Positions 24,956-38,790 are shown, numbered from the stretch's first letter. The stretch is 64,000 nucleotides of DNA from Phallusia mammillata (GCA_965637545.1 OZ281498.1:4402001-4466000), one strand, 5' to 3'. Translations and numbers: made by a program. The notes: a model not told the origin generated them from the letters alone.

Positions 24956-26393
24956 GACAATACCATTGGTTTTAAGGTATAATTTTTTAGGCATTTGACA
25001 AGTTTTATGGTATTGTATATAAAATGCAACGGAGTCTGGTTTGTTTTCAAATCAACTGCCTACTTTTGTGTGTGTGTATTTTTGTACATTGTTCAGTCAT
25101 ATATTCCATCTATTGTTTATCTTTGAGTTGTGACATTTTCATTCCACTTGCATGAGTCAAAGTCATTTTTATTTCTGTTCATGTGGTAAAATGGGCAAAG
25201 CAACCACTGCACTGCATCTTGATGTAATTTTATTTTTCTCTACCAGCTTAATACTTAGTAAACAAATGTATTGTTGTCGCAAAAATAAAAAAGTATAAAA
25301 CATATACTTTGGAATTATCTAGCTCTGAACTCTGAAGTAGCAAGGTGCATACAAATGTAGTCTGTTATAAAACATAAACGTTTAGCAAAAATAGGGGAAT
25401 GCTTAGTACTTGACGTACCTAAAAAATTAAAAAGATACACTTTCAAGTATCAGTCAAGTTCAGCTAATAGTAAATGTTGTTCTTGCCTGTGTCAATGTAC
25501 AAAATAAATTAAATTATGTATCATATTTTTTGAATACATTGGTAGATGTTTACTTTAAATTTTAATGACATTTTTAAAAGCCATTAGCACAAAAACATAA
25601 ACTTTTTATTTAATAGTAACATTAAACTTGTGTCTTGGTTTCATATTTGATGAGGTTGAGCATGTTGCTGGGATGACACAACTCCATCTTCTTTAACAGG
25701 AGTCTATCAACAACTTATTACCATTCTACAATTACTCTATTCTAGAAAAATTTACTACAACATTAGTTTCAAAAGAAAAGTTTTGCCACAGCCCTTTTAA
25801 TTTCAGTTTAACAATATTAGGACAAATGAATCATTTGGGAGTGGTGAATTTTAGTCAATACATTCTTAGTATAAGATGGATCTGTCAACAAAAACCTGCA
25901 GCACAATTTTAAACTAGCTATAGCCAATTGTGACAAAACACAAGTGGTCATTTCAGAAATCTCGTTTTCTACCACTACCCTGGGCCTGTATCTCAATGGG
26001 CCGGGAGGGTGTTTTACCTTTATATCTTTTAAAAAGTATTCTTGTTTGTTTAACAACCAATAATATCCGATTTAAAAGCCTGCGCTTCACGTAAACACGA
26101 AAAAACAGACGACAACACCACTTTTCCCTATCCTTTTCCATTGTAAACGCTGAAATCTTACTGGTCGCGTTCAAGCGGAACCGATCTTAACACTTGCAGA
26201 GAACATTTTTATTTTTAAAACACAATCGAAGTTTAATAAGTATCAGATTAAAATACCTAAAAATCAGATTAATTAATTCAAACTTAAATACAAAATTTTA
26301 GTTCGATCCGTTGCGTATCGGCAAAGATATCGCCCCATTTATGTCGTCGCTAAATGGGCAGTGTGCAGTCTCTGCTTAGTAGTCTCTGGTTTT

Positions 26394-26605
26394 ACGCAGT
26401 CAGGCCTTTCACAATCGACAATCACGAAAGTCAGGCCTTCTCTGATGGCGTTTTACGCAGTCAGGCATTCTCTAACAGACAATCACCCAGGCCTTTTATA
26501 TTGCAAGTCAGGCCTTTTATATTGCAGTCAGGCCTATCCCAATCGACAATCACCCAAGTCGGACCTTCTAAATTGCAGTCAGGCCTTTTATATTGCAGTC
26601 AGGCC
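26394..26605 (+). repeat. Composite minisatellite with GTCAGGCCTT core (right array)
   Basis: Same cores and spacers as 23713-24045, in the same strand orientation. Confidence 0.9.
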
Positions 26606-28853
26606 CAGGGCTGCCATTCCTTGGGATTTTTCCCCAAATCTTGGGATTTCGGTGCTGAGCTTGGGATCTTGGGAAAAACTTTTTAAACCTTGGGATTTTT
26701 TGAAATTATCCGTTTAATACGTTTAAGATTCAATTAATACTATTGTTGCAAACAAAAATAACCCTTTTGCAAAAATCATCTTTTTATGCAACGATTTGCG
26801 TAACAAGTGTAACATCGTAAATCACTCAACCGTAACCTACGTCACATCTTATATGGTGTGATTGCACCACAATGCCAGAATCCCCTATGACGTAACAATA
26901 CCATTGTAGTTTATTTCTCTATGCTGTGCTTTTGGCCATTTAGTATTTGAGTTTAGTTTGAACCACGTGTAGTTCGTTAGTTGCTGACTTGAATTTGCAG
27001 CCGTTAGATAAAGTAATGAAAGTGACTAATTATAATTTGTTTGTCATTAATAGATGGTAATGCTTTATAAACTTAAAAACTCTGACGAAAAGGAATAATG
27101 TTGCCTTTGCAAGGTAAGCTTGATTTGTATTTCAGTTGCCCGATTTGCCGTACATTTGAATTATCGTTTTTCATCTGTGTAGAACGCTTTCTGACGATAT
27201 CAAATTGTGTTTATCTTTGATACCCTGGTCCAAAACTCTGGTAAGCTTTATTTCTGCCGGCCTAAAGTTAATTTCTGTTTCCCATTTTTGAGTGAATGTT
27301 CTCTTTGCAGAAAACCGTGTCGTGTCTGCGGTGAACATGACGTGATTACCGTTCGTATTGAACCGTGTCGACGTGTAAAATAAACTCACGCGTTTCCAGA
27401 AATTGGACTTCTCTAGTGTGACGCCAGCGCGGTACCAGGCGCGCAAATTCCTGACGTTACAAGCAGAATGTAAAGAGAAAACACGACAGAATGGGTTGAG
27501 TACCTCTCACGTAGATGGTGGTGAACGCATAAGCAAGCATTTGCGCCTTCTTATTTTGGTAGAGCTACTAACACCAGAACGAGAATCACACCCAAAAGTC
27601 GATTGGTTATATCTCCAAAAATGCTCACGGTTTAGGGCTATTAGGGTCGGGGTAAGGTATTAGCACTTAAAATTCAATAAAACTAACCCAAAAAATTAGT
27701 TACTAATGTACAAATTCTATGTAAATATTTCCCAACCTAACTCATTTATAGCCGCTAAATAAAAAATCAGCTCTTTACGTACCCTTGTGAAAGCGAAGTT
27801 GTGATTCTCGTTGTGGTGTTAGTAGCTCCAGGCCTACCTCATATTTTTAGTAAGACGAAATAGGAAAATACGTTACATTTTACCACACCAGCACCAACTG
27901 CCTTGGGCCAAGTCATGACGAAAACTGCAATATTGGGCCAAACATATTTTTCACTGATAACGGCAGTAAAAATTTTTCGCCTCAAGCAAAATTTTGTTTA
28001 GCAAAACGCGCAACAATACTTGTTGTTCAGTTTTCCTAGTGACAATAACAGTTGAAAATTGCCTGTAAACTCATCTAATAATCATAAAGTCATCAAAATA
28101 TTTGCTGTCTTCGTTTATGTTTAACCTAATAATACAGTTTACAAATAGTGTAGTTAAGTATTTAAATATTTTTGTTCCTTTATCTATTTTGTTTGGTTCC
28201 CTGTCAACTATTCAACTATCTCGCGTTTGTCTGCATTTGTTAAAAAATGTTTATGTTTTAAGCTTATATACATGAGCACACCCTTGGAACAAACAAACAT
28301 TTTCCCGGAAATGAGCTTCTTGGTCATTGATGACCTTTGCGATAGAATCTACGTACAAAGATACCGTCATAAAACCACGTACCTGGTGCTGTACGTGAAG
28401 CGCTCGAGGCTAAATTATTTTTGTTACACCAATAAATATCTTCTTTATTCGCTTCGTTGTTTATCGCATGTTATTTTAAGATTACCTATAAGTACTGAGC
28501 ACATGAATTGCCGTGCAATAAAGTTTCTGTAATCAGCACGTGCGGCAACCATCGCCTAGTATGATCGTGGTTATTACTGCAGGCTGATTTAACTTTAACT
28601 TAAAACAATATACACGGATGAATTTGAAAACAATTTTATCAACGCCGTAACTGCAAAAGAGTACTTGTATATGTAGAATATATCTTAGCGCAGCCATTTC
28701 AACATTCGCTGTTGGCATTATCAGTGCAGTTTCAACTTGTTGAAGAACTTAAAATCTAATTTTATGTAATGAAGCAGAAACTGAAAGACACGCAAATTGC
28801 TTTTAGTGTGTAAGTGCAAGTTTCACTAGCGTTAATTTTTTTCATTTTAGAAG

Positions 28854-31800
28854 ATGGCAAAAATAATTGGAGCATTTTGTTTTGCTGCGCTACTTGTTGC
28901 AACGGCTTATGGCCAGGTCACAAAAGCTCCCCCGATTCCAGAAACATCCGAAGTGCCAGAAAACGAAACAGCCAGCAACCTTACCGGCCGATTTTTGAAT
29001 ATCTTCGGATATACTCCACCAGTATCGGAACAATTTTTAGCCAACAATCCTTTCGGCAACATTCTTCAGCTCATAGGTTTAGGACAAGGCTCGGCACCAG
29101 GTTTATCACCGTACGGAATTCCATCCAGCCTGCAGTCTTTGTGGCCGTTTCTTTTATCGCAGGGAAATCTAACTTTTTCGGACCTTCTGCTTTTGGGAAT
29201 TTTTAATGGAGGCGGTATCGTTGGTGGTGGAGGTAATTATGAATACAGTCTACGTCTGATCTATTGTTATCACTTACGTTTTTCGGGTTAGGTTTTGGAG
29301 GAAATATAGGTTTCGGAGGAAATGTAGGTTTTGGAGGAAATATAGGGTGTAGATGCGGGAGAAATGCGTGGTGCTATCACCAGCTTTGTAGATGCAGAGC
29401 AGGGTATACAGGCAATCCCTACATTCGGTGTTATCGCCGTAAGTCGCACTTGCCTGGTCGTCTTGGTTTTCTCGGTGTGAACTGTGACGGTGGCGTGCTA
29501 ATGTTACTTTTTACCGTGGGACTACTGAGAAACATTTTGCACGGATTGGAATGGTTAAAGTTTTTATTCATTGCTTGTGTGTGCTAAGTAACAATTTGAA
29601 ATTACCCCAATCTTTGCATTTGTTCCCACCTTTTGATTGATACTCCAACCTCTCGGCATGTCATCCAACTGTGTGTTGGTGTCCGATAACGAAAATGTAA
29701 AACAAACGTTACTCACCAACTAATTACGGAGTATGGTCACACCGTCACATATCCGTGAGGTCCAGTACAACTAAACTGTTTATACTACCCATGAAACTAA
29801 TAAAAGATAAATATGTCCAAAATTTCTGAAAAAAGTACAATGTGAAATGTTAGCTTGGAGAGACACTGTATTTTATATAATTGGTTTTGTAAGGGCAATC
29901 CTGTTTCCGGTGACTGTTGAGGATTTGTCCGCTAAAAGGATGCCACAAGTGAGGGTAAAGAATACATATGTTCTTCAACTGCCATATTTTGTTCGATAGG
30001 CAACCCAGGAAACAATCAATGCTCTAATTGTTTTCCTCCATATTACTGCATACGCCAGACCTATGGTGGATACCAATGTACATGCCCACCTGGTCAATAT
30101 TGTCCACCACAAGGTCAGTCGGTGTATATGGTGCTTTATGATTGTAACAAAGTAGCTTTAAATAAAGTTTGACTACAGTAGCATCAAATGAAAAGAATAT
30201 TTGAAACCATAACTTTCAACACATAATGAGACATAAGCAATAGCTTATACATAATGAGATCTTGCAAAAGTAGATACAACGCACGCAAAGATTAATTTCA
30301 TTTTTTCATCAACTGTGGTATATACGCATTTTTATTGCTCCATTTAACTTGTGCAACTACAAGTGGTGACTTAAATGTAACAAAAGAATTCAAAAATTGT
30401 TTTGTCACCATCTTGAGAAAAACCACGCAGAAACGGAAAACTGCTCCAGTATAAATTTAGACGATAAAAATAATCTTAAAATTATGTTGCAATCCTTTTT
30501 GTTGGATTTTGTTTTATTAATTTTATAGGTTCAACTTGCAATCGTCCATGCGGATCTGGTTCCACATGCCAATTCGGAGTTTGCGTTTGTAAACAGGGGT
30601 ACATTAAGATCTCGGGGATTTGCGTCTATCAGGGACAAACAGGTATCATATAGTTTGAAAACACATATAGCTTATCCATGTCTAAAAGGGGTATAGGTTG
30701 TAATTTTAATTAAAGGCATTAGGAATCGTCTGTTGCCAGCTTTCGATCAGCCTCTTGAGTCTTGACACTTGGAAGTCTGAGGAAAAAGTTGGTTGGTTAC
30801 TGTTTTCTGACCAGTTGCATAGATTATAAGGGTAATTTGTGGGCTTCAAAAGGAATACAACTTTAACCCAAAAAAGCAGTACCTAAATACGAACATGTAA
30901 AAAATCCATTTTATGGTATGTTTGTGTCAAGAATTAGTTAGGACAGATACCCTAACCGTGCTAATTATAGCGTTAAACGTCTTCTGACACACCAATCACT
31001 GCAGAGATTTTTAATTTGTGCCCTGCAAAATAAAATGACCTAACAACACATCACATAAAAACCACAGGTTTCTCCCGTTCAAAACGTGGCGTTATGGCTG
31101 AGACCAGACGCTTTGTTGCGTCACATGATGCCCATGTTTTCACGGTATTGCCGAGTTTATAAGGATGTTAATTTATAGCAGTTTAACAAGTCCTCTATGT
31201 TTAATGATTTTGTCCTCCTTCTAACAAAAATGTGTAGTTTCTTTCAAATCGGCATGAGAAATCAAATATTTTTTGTTTGGCAGGCAACTGCTATCAATGT
31301 TATCCTCCATATGTGTGCAGGCCGCCATTATTAGGTTTTGGTCCATCCGTATGTACATGTCCGACCGGTCAATACTGCCCACCTACAGGTGAGTCAGAAA
31401 ATGGAAGATGTAGAAAAACCGCTAGCTTTAACTCCACAGGGAAATTGTGAGCATATACACCCCGCATGATCAATAACATTAAAAACTTGATCAACACAAT
31501 TAATTACTTGTAGCCTGCGACATTCACGTTGTTTCACTTATAGCAACGTCATGTACTAAATTTGGCAGCGGCGATGCATAACTCCTGATATGCCTGCCTG
31601 ATAAACCGCAATAGCTTCGTGAAACTTACATTTATTAAAATATAATAGTCTTTATCACCTCTCACATCCTGTTGGTAAGAATTTCAATTAGCGATTAAAA
31701 TCTCAAAATAAGTTTTTCGTGAATGCGTAATAACAGCAAGCACGAATGCTTTGTTATAATGGGATTATAACTTACAACGACAATTAGTGTAGTCTACCAA

Positions 31801-34800
31801 TTTCCTCCACATATAGATTTAATTATGTAAATGCAACTTGTATACAGATTTGATCATTTATGTTGAGCCCACCGAATCTAAAAATACACTATTAAAACTA
31901 AGTCTAACAAAGTTTTACTTTCGGAACAACCTATTATAGTATAAGGGTATGTATCAAGTCGTCGCAAGGTGTTGTTTTCAAAAACAGATCTCTGATCTTC
32001 TGTGTTATTGCCAAAGTTTGTTCTGATCTTATCAGGTATGATTCACCAATCAAAGAGTATCAGGACCCCATCAGACAGTAGATATGAATGTGTTTGTTTG
32101 CCTTTGGAGTGGCCGAGGTTTTACGTGATGTAAATTACAATCGCAAGTTTCTAATTAGTGATTACCAACCAGCATAGCTTGATGACAATTGTTGGCATTG
32201 CAAAAAGGCTTTCCCGGTCCATATAATTTAAACAGTAATAAACCTCCTAATGTAAACAACTTATCCTAAATTAGCAACTAGCCTATTTACTTCTGGTTTT
32301 ATATTTCTTATTTTGTACGGAAAAAAATATACCAATTGTATGTTAATGAGACTCGGTGTTTGCTAACTTTCACGTTTTGTTCGGCAGGCAACAACCAATG
32401 CAATCCGGCATGTATTTATCCACGGGTCTGCACTCGTCGGCTCTTTGGCGGATACGAATGTACATGTCCGACCGGCCAATACTGCCCACCTACAGGTGAG
32501 TCAGAAAATGGAAGATGTAGAAAAACCGCTAGCTTTAACTCCACAGGGAAATTGTGAGCATATACACCCCGCATGATCAATAACATTAAAAACTTGATCA
32601 ACACAATTAATTACTTGTAGCCTGCAGACATTCACGTTGTTTCACTTATAGCAACGTCATGTACTAAATTTGGCAGCGGCGATGCATAACTCCTGATATG
32701 CCTGCCTGATAAACCGCAATAGCTTCGTGAAACTTACATTTATTAAAATATAATAGTCTTTATCACCTCTTACATCCTGTTGGAAAGAATTTCAATTAGC
32801 GATTAAAATCTCAAAATAAGTTTTTCGTGAATGCATAATAACAGCAAGCACGAATGCTTTGTTATAATGGGATTATAACTTACAACGACAATTAGTGTAG
32901 TCTACCAATTTCCTCCACATATAGATTTAATTATGTAAATGCAACTTGTATACAGATTTGGTCATTTATGTTGAGCCCACCGAATCTAAAAATACACTAT
33001 TAAAACTACGTCTAACAAAGTTTTACTTTCGGAACAACCTATTATAGTATAAGGGTATGTATCAAGTCGTCGCAAGGTGTTGTTTTCAAAAACAGATCTC
33101 TGATCTTCTGTGTTATTGCCAAAGTTTGTTCTGATCTTACCAGGTATGATTCACCAATCAAAGAGTATCAGGACCCCATCAGACAGTAGATATGAATGTG
33201 TTTGTTTGCCTTTGGAGTGGCCGAGGTTTTACGTGATGTAAATTACAATCGCAAGTTTCTAATTAGTGATTACCAACCAGCATAGCTTGATGACAATTGT
33301 TGGCATTGCAAAAAGGCTTTCCCGGTCCATATAATTTAAACAGTAATAAACCTCCTAATGTAAACAACTTATCCTAAATTAGCAACTAGCCTATTTACTT
33401 CTGGTTTTATATTTCTTATTTTGTACGGAAAAAAATATATCAATTGTATGTTAATGAAACTCGGTGTTTGCTAACTTTCACGTTTTGTTCGGCAGGCAAC
33501 AACCAATGCAATCCGGCATGTATTTATCCACGGGTCTGCACTCGTCAGCTCTTTGGCGGATACGAATGTACATGTCCGACCGGCCAATACTGCCCACCAA
33601 CATGTAAGTATGATATACTGTATTGTATAGTATTTTGTTCACATACACCTTGACGCAATAAACTTTGTAACACATTAGTGCACTAATGTGGCACGAAAAC
33701 ACAGGGACAGCTACGAAAACCTAGCGGTATTAAATACCCTATAATATTACCAATCGGGGGACAATATAAAAATCGCAGCAGATTTTTGTTGAAAAACCCA
33801 GGAGTCGAACCGCTTGTCCGCTTGGTTTTTATGTAAACATACAATATTTGCATTCAGCTTGGGGAAAATTAATGCTGAGTGGCATTTAAGTTTAGGTTAT
33901 TATTTGTTCGGCCTTCCAACACAAGTTGGTTTTCCTATGATTTTTGAAAATCAATTCCCCGCCCCTGGCCTAAATAATGCCTGATATTGTACTTTAACAC
34001 ACATAACTTAAAACCATTGGTAGGCAAAGTAACCCAAATCCCGGATAATGAATTTTGGGTACCGTCGTTGATAGAAAAATACTTGACATCAAACGTTTGT
34101 TAATTTTGAGTAAATTTAATTCTTTTAGTTCCGACTTGCAATCCATCATGTGGAATAAATGAAGAGTGCCAGGGAGGTTTTTGTAATTGCAAATCTGGGT
34201 ACACCAGAATTGGAGGATATTGTGTATATCAGGGAACAGGTAAAGATATTGGAAATTTATTGCCCGGCTTCGTATTGTTTTTTTAAGCCTAAAAACCCCT
34301 ACCGGTTGACGTAAATTAACTCATAAGTCCTCCTACGTAAATTAACCTTACCGTTTTGCTTTTGCCAAGCTCCAGGCACGTCGTGCTCTAATTTGAAAGC
34401 AGTCACATTCTTATTTAGTCGCGTTTGGGTACTAATATATCATAATAAACCAAAAGCAAGTGGTAAAACATGGTCAATTTATTAAAACAGTAATCAAATA
34501 CAAACTTAAACAGAACTTACTTTATCGTTGAAAAACCGCTTCATGTTCCGACCCTGAAAGTAAATCATTAACACAAATTTCATACTTACTGATTGCCGAT
34601 GAAATGCAAAGCAGAGCGGCTATTAATGGCATTGCAAAAGGACTATGAAATTGACACAAACCCACCAATTCTTTATCTTGCAGTGGCAACTGTTTACTTC
34701 TGTTTGTTGTTTTAGATTGCCTAAATAAATAATGCATCTAGGTTAGTAACACACAGTGTTTAGAGACATTCACATTTTGTTCGGCAGGCAATAACCAATG

Positions 34801-37800
34801 CAATCCAGCATGTATTTATCCACGGGTCTGCATACGCCAGTTTTTTGGTGGATACACATGTACATGCCCGACCGGCCAATACTGCCCACCAACCGGTAAG
34901 TATAACATACTGTATTGTATTGTATTTTGTTCACGTACACCTTGACATAACAAACATAGTAACATACTATCGTAGTGGCACGAAAACACACGACACAGCT
35001 ACGAAAACCTAGCGGTTATAAATACGCTATAATAACACCAATGGGGGGACATTGCTAAAAGTCGCAGCAGCCGTTTCTAATCAAGAGAAAAATGGTCTGG
35101 CGCGCCTAACCCATATCCAGAAATAAATAAAAAACCTTGATCGTGATTCGTCCCCGGGAATGTCCTGGGTTCGAACCCCGTGAAAAAAGGACTGAGAAGG
35201 TTGGAATCTCGCTGCTGGAGGAACCAGTGGGGCTAAAGACAACGGGACTGGGTTCGACTGGAAGTGTTTAACGCCCATAAATTTGACATCACTTCATGTT
35301 TACTTGCAGCCTGTACACACGCCTTGTTTATACACTAGAAACCAATAAAACAAGCGTATCTATTAAATTTGCCTTCGCTAGTACATGACTTAAAAATCAT
35401 GCCTGCATAACACTGATCGCATTATTTTATTCCAATTGACAGCGTACTACGTTTCACTGGAGCGATCATTTATTCTAGGAATTTTTTTTAGGTTCTACTT
35501 GCAATCCTCCATGCGGATCTGGTGGGAACTGCCAAGGCGGTGTTTGTGTTTGTAAATCTGGATACAGTTGGAACGGATTGTCTTGCGTCTATCAGGGAAC
35601 AGGTAAAAAGTTTTGAAACACAATGCCCGACCCGTCTAAAAACGCTCTTGAGTACCTGCGTTTGTGGAGGACGACTTAAAACACGCATGGTTGTCAAAAA
35701 GAAATTTTGTATTTTTTATCGTAAAAATAAAATCTTATTTTTTTACTGCCATTGGAAACATTATGGTCAAATTAGATTTATTTGTAGCCTGTAGCAATAT
35801 ACTTAAACCAAATCCTCAATTACGAATACCCATCAGGTCAATGTATGGCCGCCCGATTGGTATGTAATTTTAAACAAACAGTAGACTATCTTAATTGTAG
35901 TTTCAACATGTTAGAACTTTGATCAATCAAACACGCTGCACAAGTTACTAAAATTCTAAAATCCGTTGCAATGCTTGCACGGGAGGTACATACATGCACA
36001 AATTCGTGTGAAGCGTAATGTGTTTAGTTGACAATGAACCTCGAGTCTAAATAAGGAAGGCGGGTAAAGCGTATTATAAGGGAAATGTTTGGTTTATACC
36101 TGGACAAAATTTGCTGTTACACTATTTCGCTCCAATTGCACTCTAAAATAAAACTCCAACTACCTGTCACCTCAAGTTTTTGTTGTTTTTGTAATGAGTT
36201 TCTGTTTTTAGGCTCGATTTGCAACCCCCCTTGTAAATTTGGTTCTACATGCCAAGGTTTTTCACCCTACAGTACTTGCGTTTGCAACTCTGGTTACACT
36301 CAGATTGGAAATGATTGCGTGTATCAAGGCACATCAGGTATATAGAGCTTTGAAGTACATTGCTTAACATGCTAAAGTTTCGAAACTCAGTGTTTAAACA
36401 ACCTTGAACTTGTTTGGCAGGAGGCTGTTCTCAGTGTTATCCTCCATATGTATGCACTCCCAATTATTCTGGTGGATACGAATGTACATGTCCGTCTGGT
36501 CAATACTGCCCACCAACCGGTAAGGCAGGTTATGGTTGACGCTTTGCATAACAAATGGTATAACTTTATGTAGTTTATAGAACGATAAATCCTTGGTGGT
36601 ATTGTCAATAAAACAGTTTGAAAAGTGGCTGAAAACAAAAATCATGCCGTTTTCGAATTAATGGTTTTAACATTTTCCCCTTGTGACTGCAATAGTTCTT
36701 ATTTGTTTTGGTAAGTGGAAGTTGATAGTTAAAAACTCGGTAAAACGAAAAAATAAACGTTAAGACAAGACATTAAACGTCACCTTAAAAGGGTTTTATT
36801 TTGTACAAATCAAAACTGTGTTTCAAAAAACAAAAATGCAAACAACCAATTGTCCTTCACCAAAATATTAATATCATTTACGCAAAAGCTTCTTATTAGG
36901 AATTTACAATTTTGGACGTTTTAAATACAAACGTAATGTTCTTTTTTGCCAAACTTGTGGCAAAACAAATGGCTCCTACCTGTCAGCAAATGTTTATTTT
37001 ATTTTGTTGGAAACTTTATTTTGCGTAAAATTTCATGAGACGATAGTGTAAAAAACAATACAGGCAGTTGTGAAATGCACGCGTTCCTTCCTTAATATTA
37101 AACATTAAAAAGTCCTTAATTGTTTGTTTTTTGGTGTGGTTGAAGGTTTATTTTCCTGTTTCAGGGGCGATATGCAATCCTCCTTGTACGTTACCCGGTG
37201 CCATATGCCAAGGTGGATTTTTGTTGCCCAACAGATGCGTTTGCAAACCTGAGTACATTTCGTATGGAAATGTTTGCTTGTATCAAAGCCAAACAGGTGT
37301 GATCTTGCCTTTAAATGTCACAGCACTTTGTTTTACCCACACTGTTTTGCAACAGCTCCTTCGCAGCAATGTAATCCTGCATGCGACACCACAGCAAATT
37401 GCCTGCCGGGCAATACCTTAAGTGGCTATGAATGCAAATGCAAGGATTCCACAGCTCAATGGAACGGTGTAACTTGTTTATATCGGAGTGCTTCAATCGG
37501 AGGTGTTGTAGAATTAAATATACGCAAGAGAACACAATATTGATATTTAGGACTATAATTTTTGTCCACAGGTAATGGATGCACTCAGACCTGTGAACCC
37601 ACTGCAACCTGTATCGGAGATGCTGCTTCGGGATTTAGATGCGAATGCAAACAATCTGGTTACGTGTGGAGCTCTGACCTTGCTACATGCGTTTTGGAGA
37701 CTCCTTCAGGTGGGATTTTGTGTTCACATGTTTAGTAGGAAACCAACGTAAACCGATTTGGCGTTTTGCCAAGAACGTATTTTTGTACAGTATAGTAATC

Positions 37801-38711
37801 TGATAAAAAAAACATAGTAAAAAGTACACTTTGTAAACGTTACAGTTTCAAAAAAGTTTATACTCTGAACTTAAGCACATTTTATTATTGTTTTACTTTC
37901 TGTTTTTCTTACCGAAACCTGGCCTGAAAAACCCGGCCCGACTTTGCTTCAACAAGTAACATCACTTGGCATATGGGTAGAGCAAGCTTTCACATTTTGT
38001 TTAGGTACATGTGCCGAGCCCTGTGGTGCAGATGCTTATTGCAATCTAAACGCTGACGGTAGTTACCAGTGCGTATGCTTTGATTCCAATTACATTTGGG
38101 ATGTAACAACTTGCATTCCAAAACCGGTTGGTAAGTTTGCAAACTTGTTATAGTATTCCTGACTAGGTTTTATTTGACCCTTCTTTTAAGCGTCGCCGGT
38201 TTGCAGCCTTTCTTGCGGTGAAAACGCATATTGCCAAATTAATCCATCTACTGGTGCTGAGGAATGCAAATGTAGTGTGACTAATCAAGTTTGGAACGGA
38301 TCATCTTGCAGTGGTAGGTAACATTTTCACATTCTCTGGTACTCCACACTAAACTCGAATAAAACGAATAAAAAAAGTTCTTACATATATTTGACTGTGT
38401 AGCCATTGATATCAATAAAACATGTGCTAAACTTTTTGCACACAGTTGTTTGTATGTGTTATAACAAGCCGTTTTGTGGGATTCGATATGAATCAGACAG
38501 GAACCGGTTTTATTGTCCTCCTTCTCCATTATGTACTACACAATTTTGCGTCCATTTTGCTTGTAATTTGTTTTCAGACCCATCACCTTGCAATCCGGGG
38601 TGTCCGGCTAATGCTGCGTGTCATGAAATCAGTGAAGGTGGTGGACATCAGTGTATCTGCTTGTATCCTTATGTGAAGGAGGGTTCGCAGTGTGTTGTTG
38701 ATGGCTCTTAA
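28854..38711 (+). CDS. Secreted multi-EGF-like repeat protein (about 809 aa; signal peptide, Gly-rich linker, 17 six-Cys modules; no TM or ZP domain seen)
   Basis: Exons 28854-29232, 29292-29438, 30000-30113, 30529-30642, 31284-31388, 32388-32495, 33496-33603, 34129-34239, 34788-34895, 35492-35602, 36212-36337, 36421-36519, 37165-37296, 37356-37502, 37572-37709, 38005-38130, 38191-38313 and 38578-38711. All introns are phase-1 GT-AG. Signal peptide MAKIIGAFCFAALLVATAYG, then GFGGN repeats, then modules such as CNPPCGSGGNCQGGVCVCKSGY...C and CNPACIYPRVC...GGYECTCPTGQYC. Confidence 0.88.
31351..33597 (+). repeat. Near-identical tandem duplication, unit about 1107 bp (exon end + intron + exon)
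   Basis: ATGTACATGTCCGACCGG recurs at 31351, 32458 and 33566, and the intervening introns match apart from scattered substitutions and small indels. Confidence 0.93.
35091..35188 (+). mobile_element. tRNA-derived SINE, 5'-truncated copy
   Basis: AATGGTCTGGCGCGCC...GATTCGTCCCCGGG..GTCCTGGGTTCGAACCCCGTG followed by A-tail; homologous to the 38791, 43895 and 47410 copies. Confidence 0.8.
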
Positions 38712-38790
38712 TAATTTTGCAGGCAAGAACTTGTCAAAGCTTTCTAACTTAGAAATTTGTCTCAAATATTTCAAAATCAGATACATGTCG

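Noticed and set aside
23713-26605. GTCAGGCC arrays as a CRISPR-like repeat-spacer locus
   Set aside because: Spacers are short and recurrent rather than unique, there are no cas genes, and the context is eukaryotic. It is a minisatellite.
26354-26717. ORFs of 110 and 118 aa
   Set aside because: They are translations of the minisatellite and an adjacent repeat end (CAGGGCTGCCA... at 26606).
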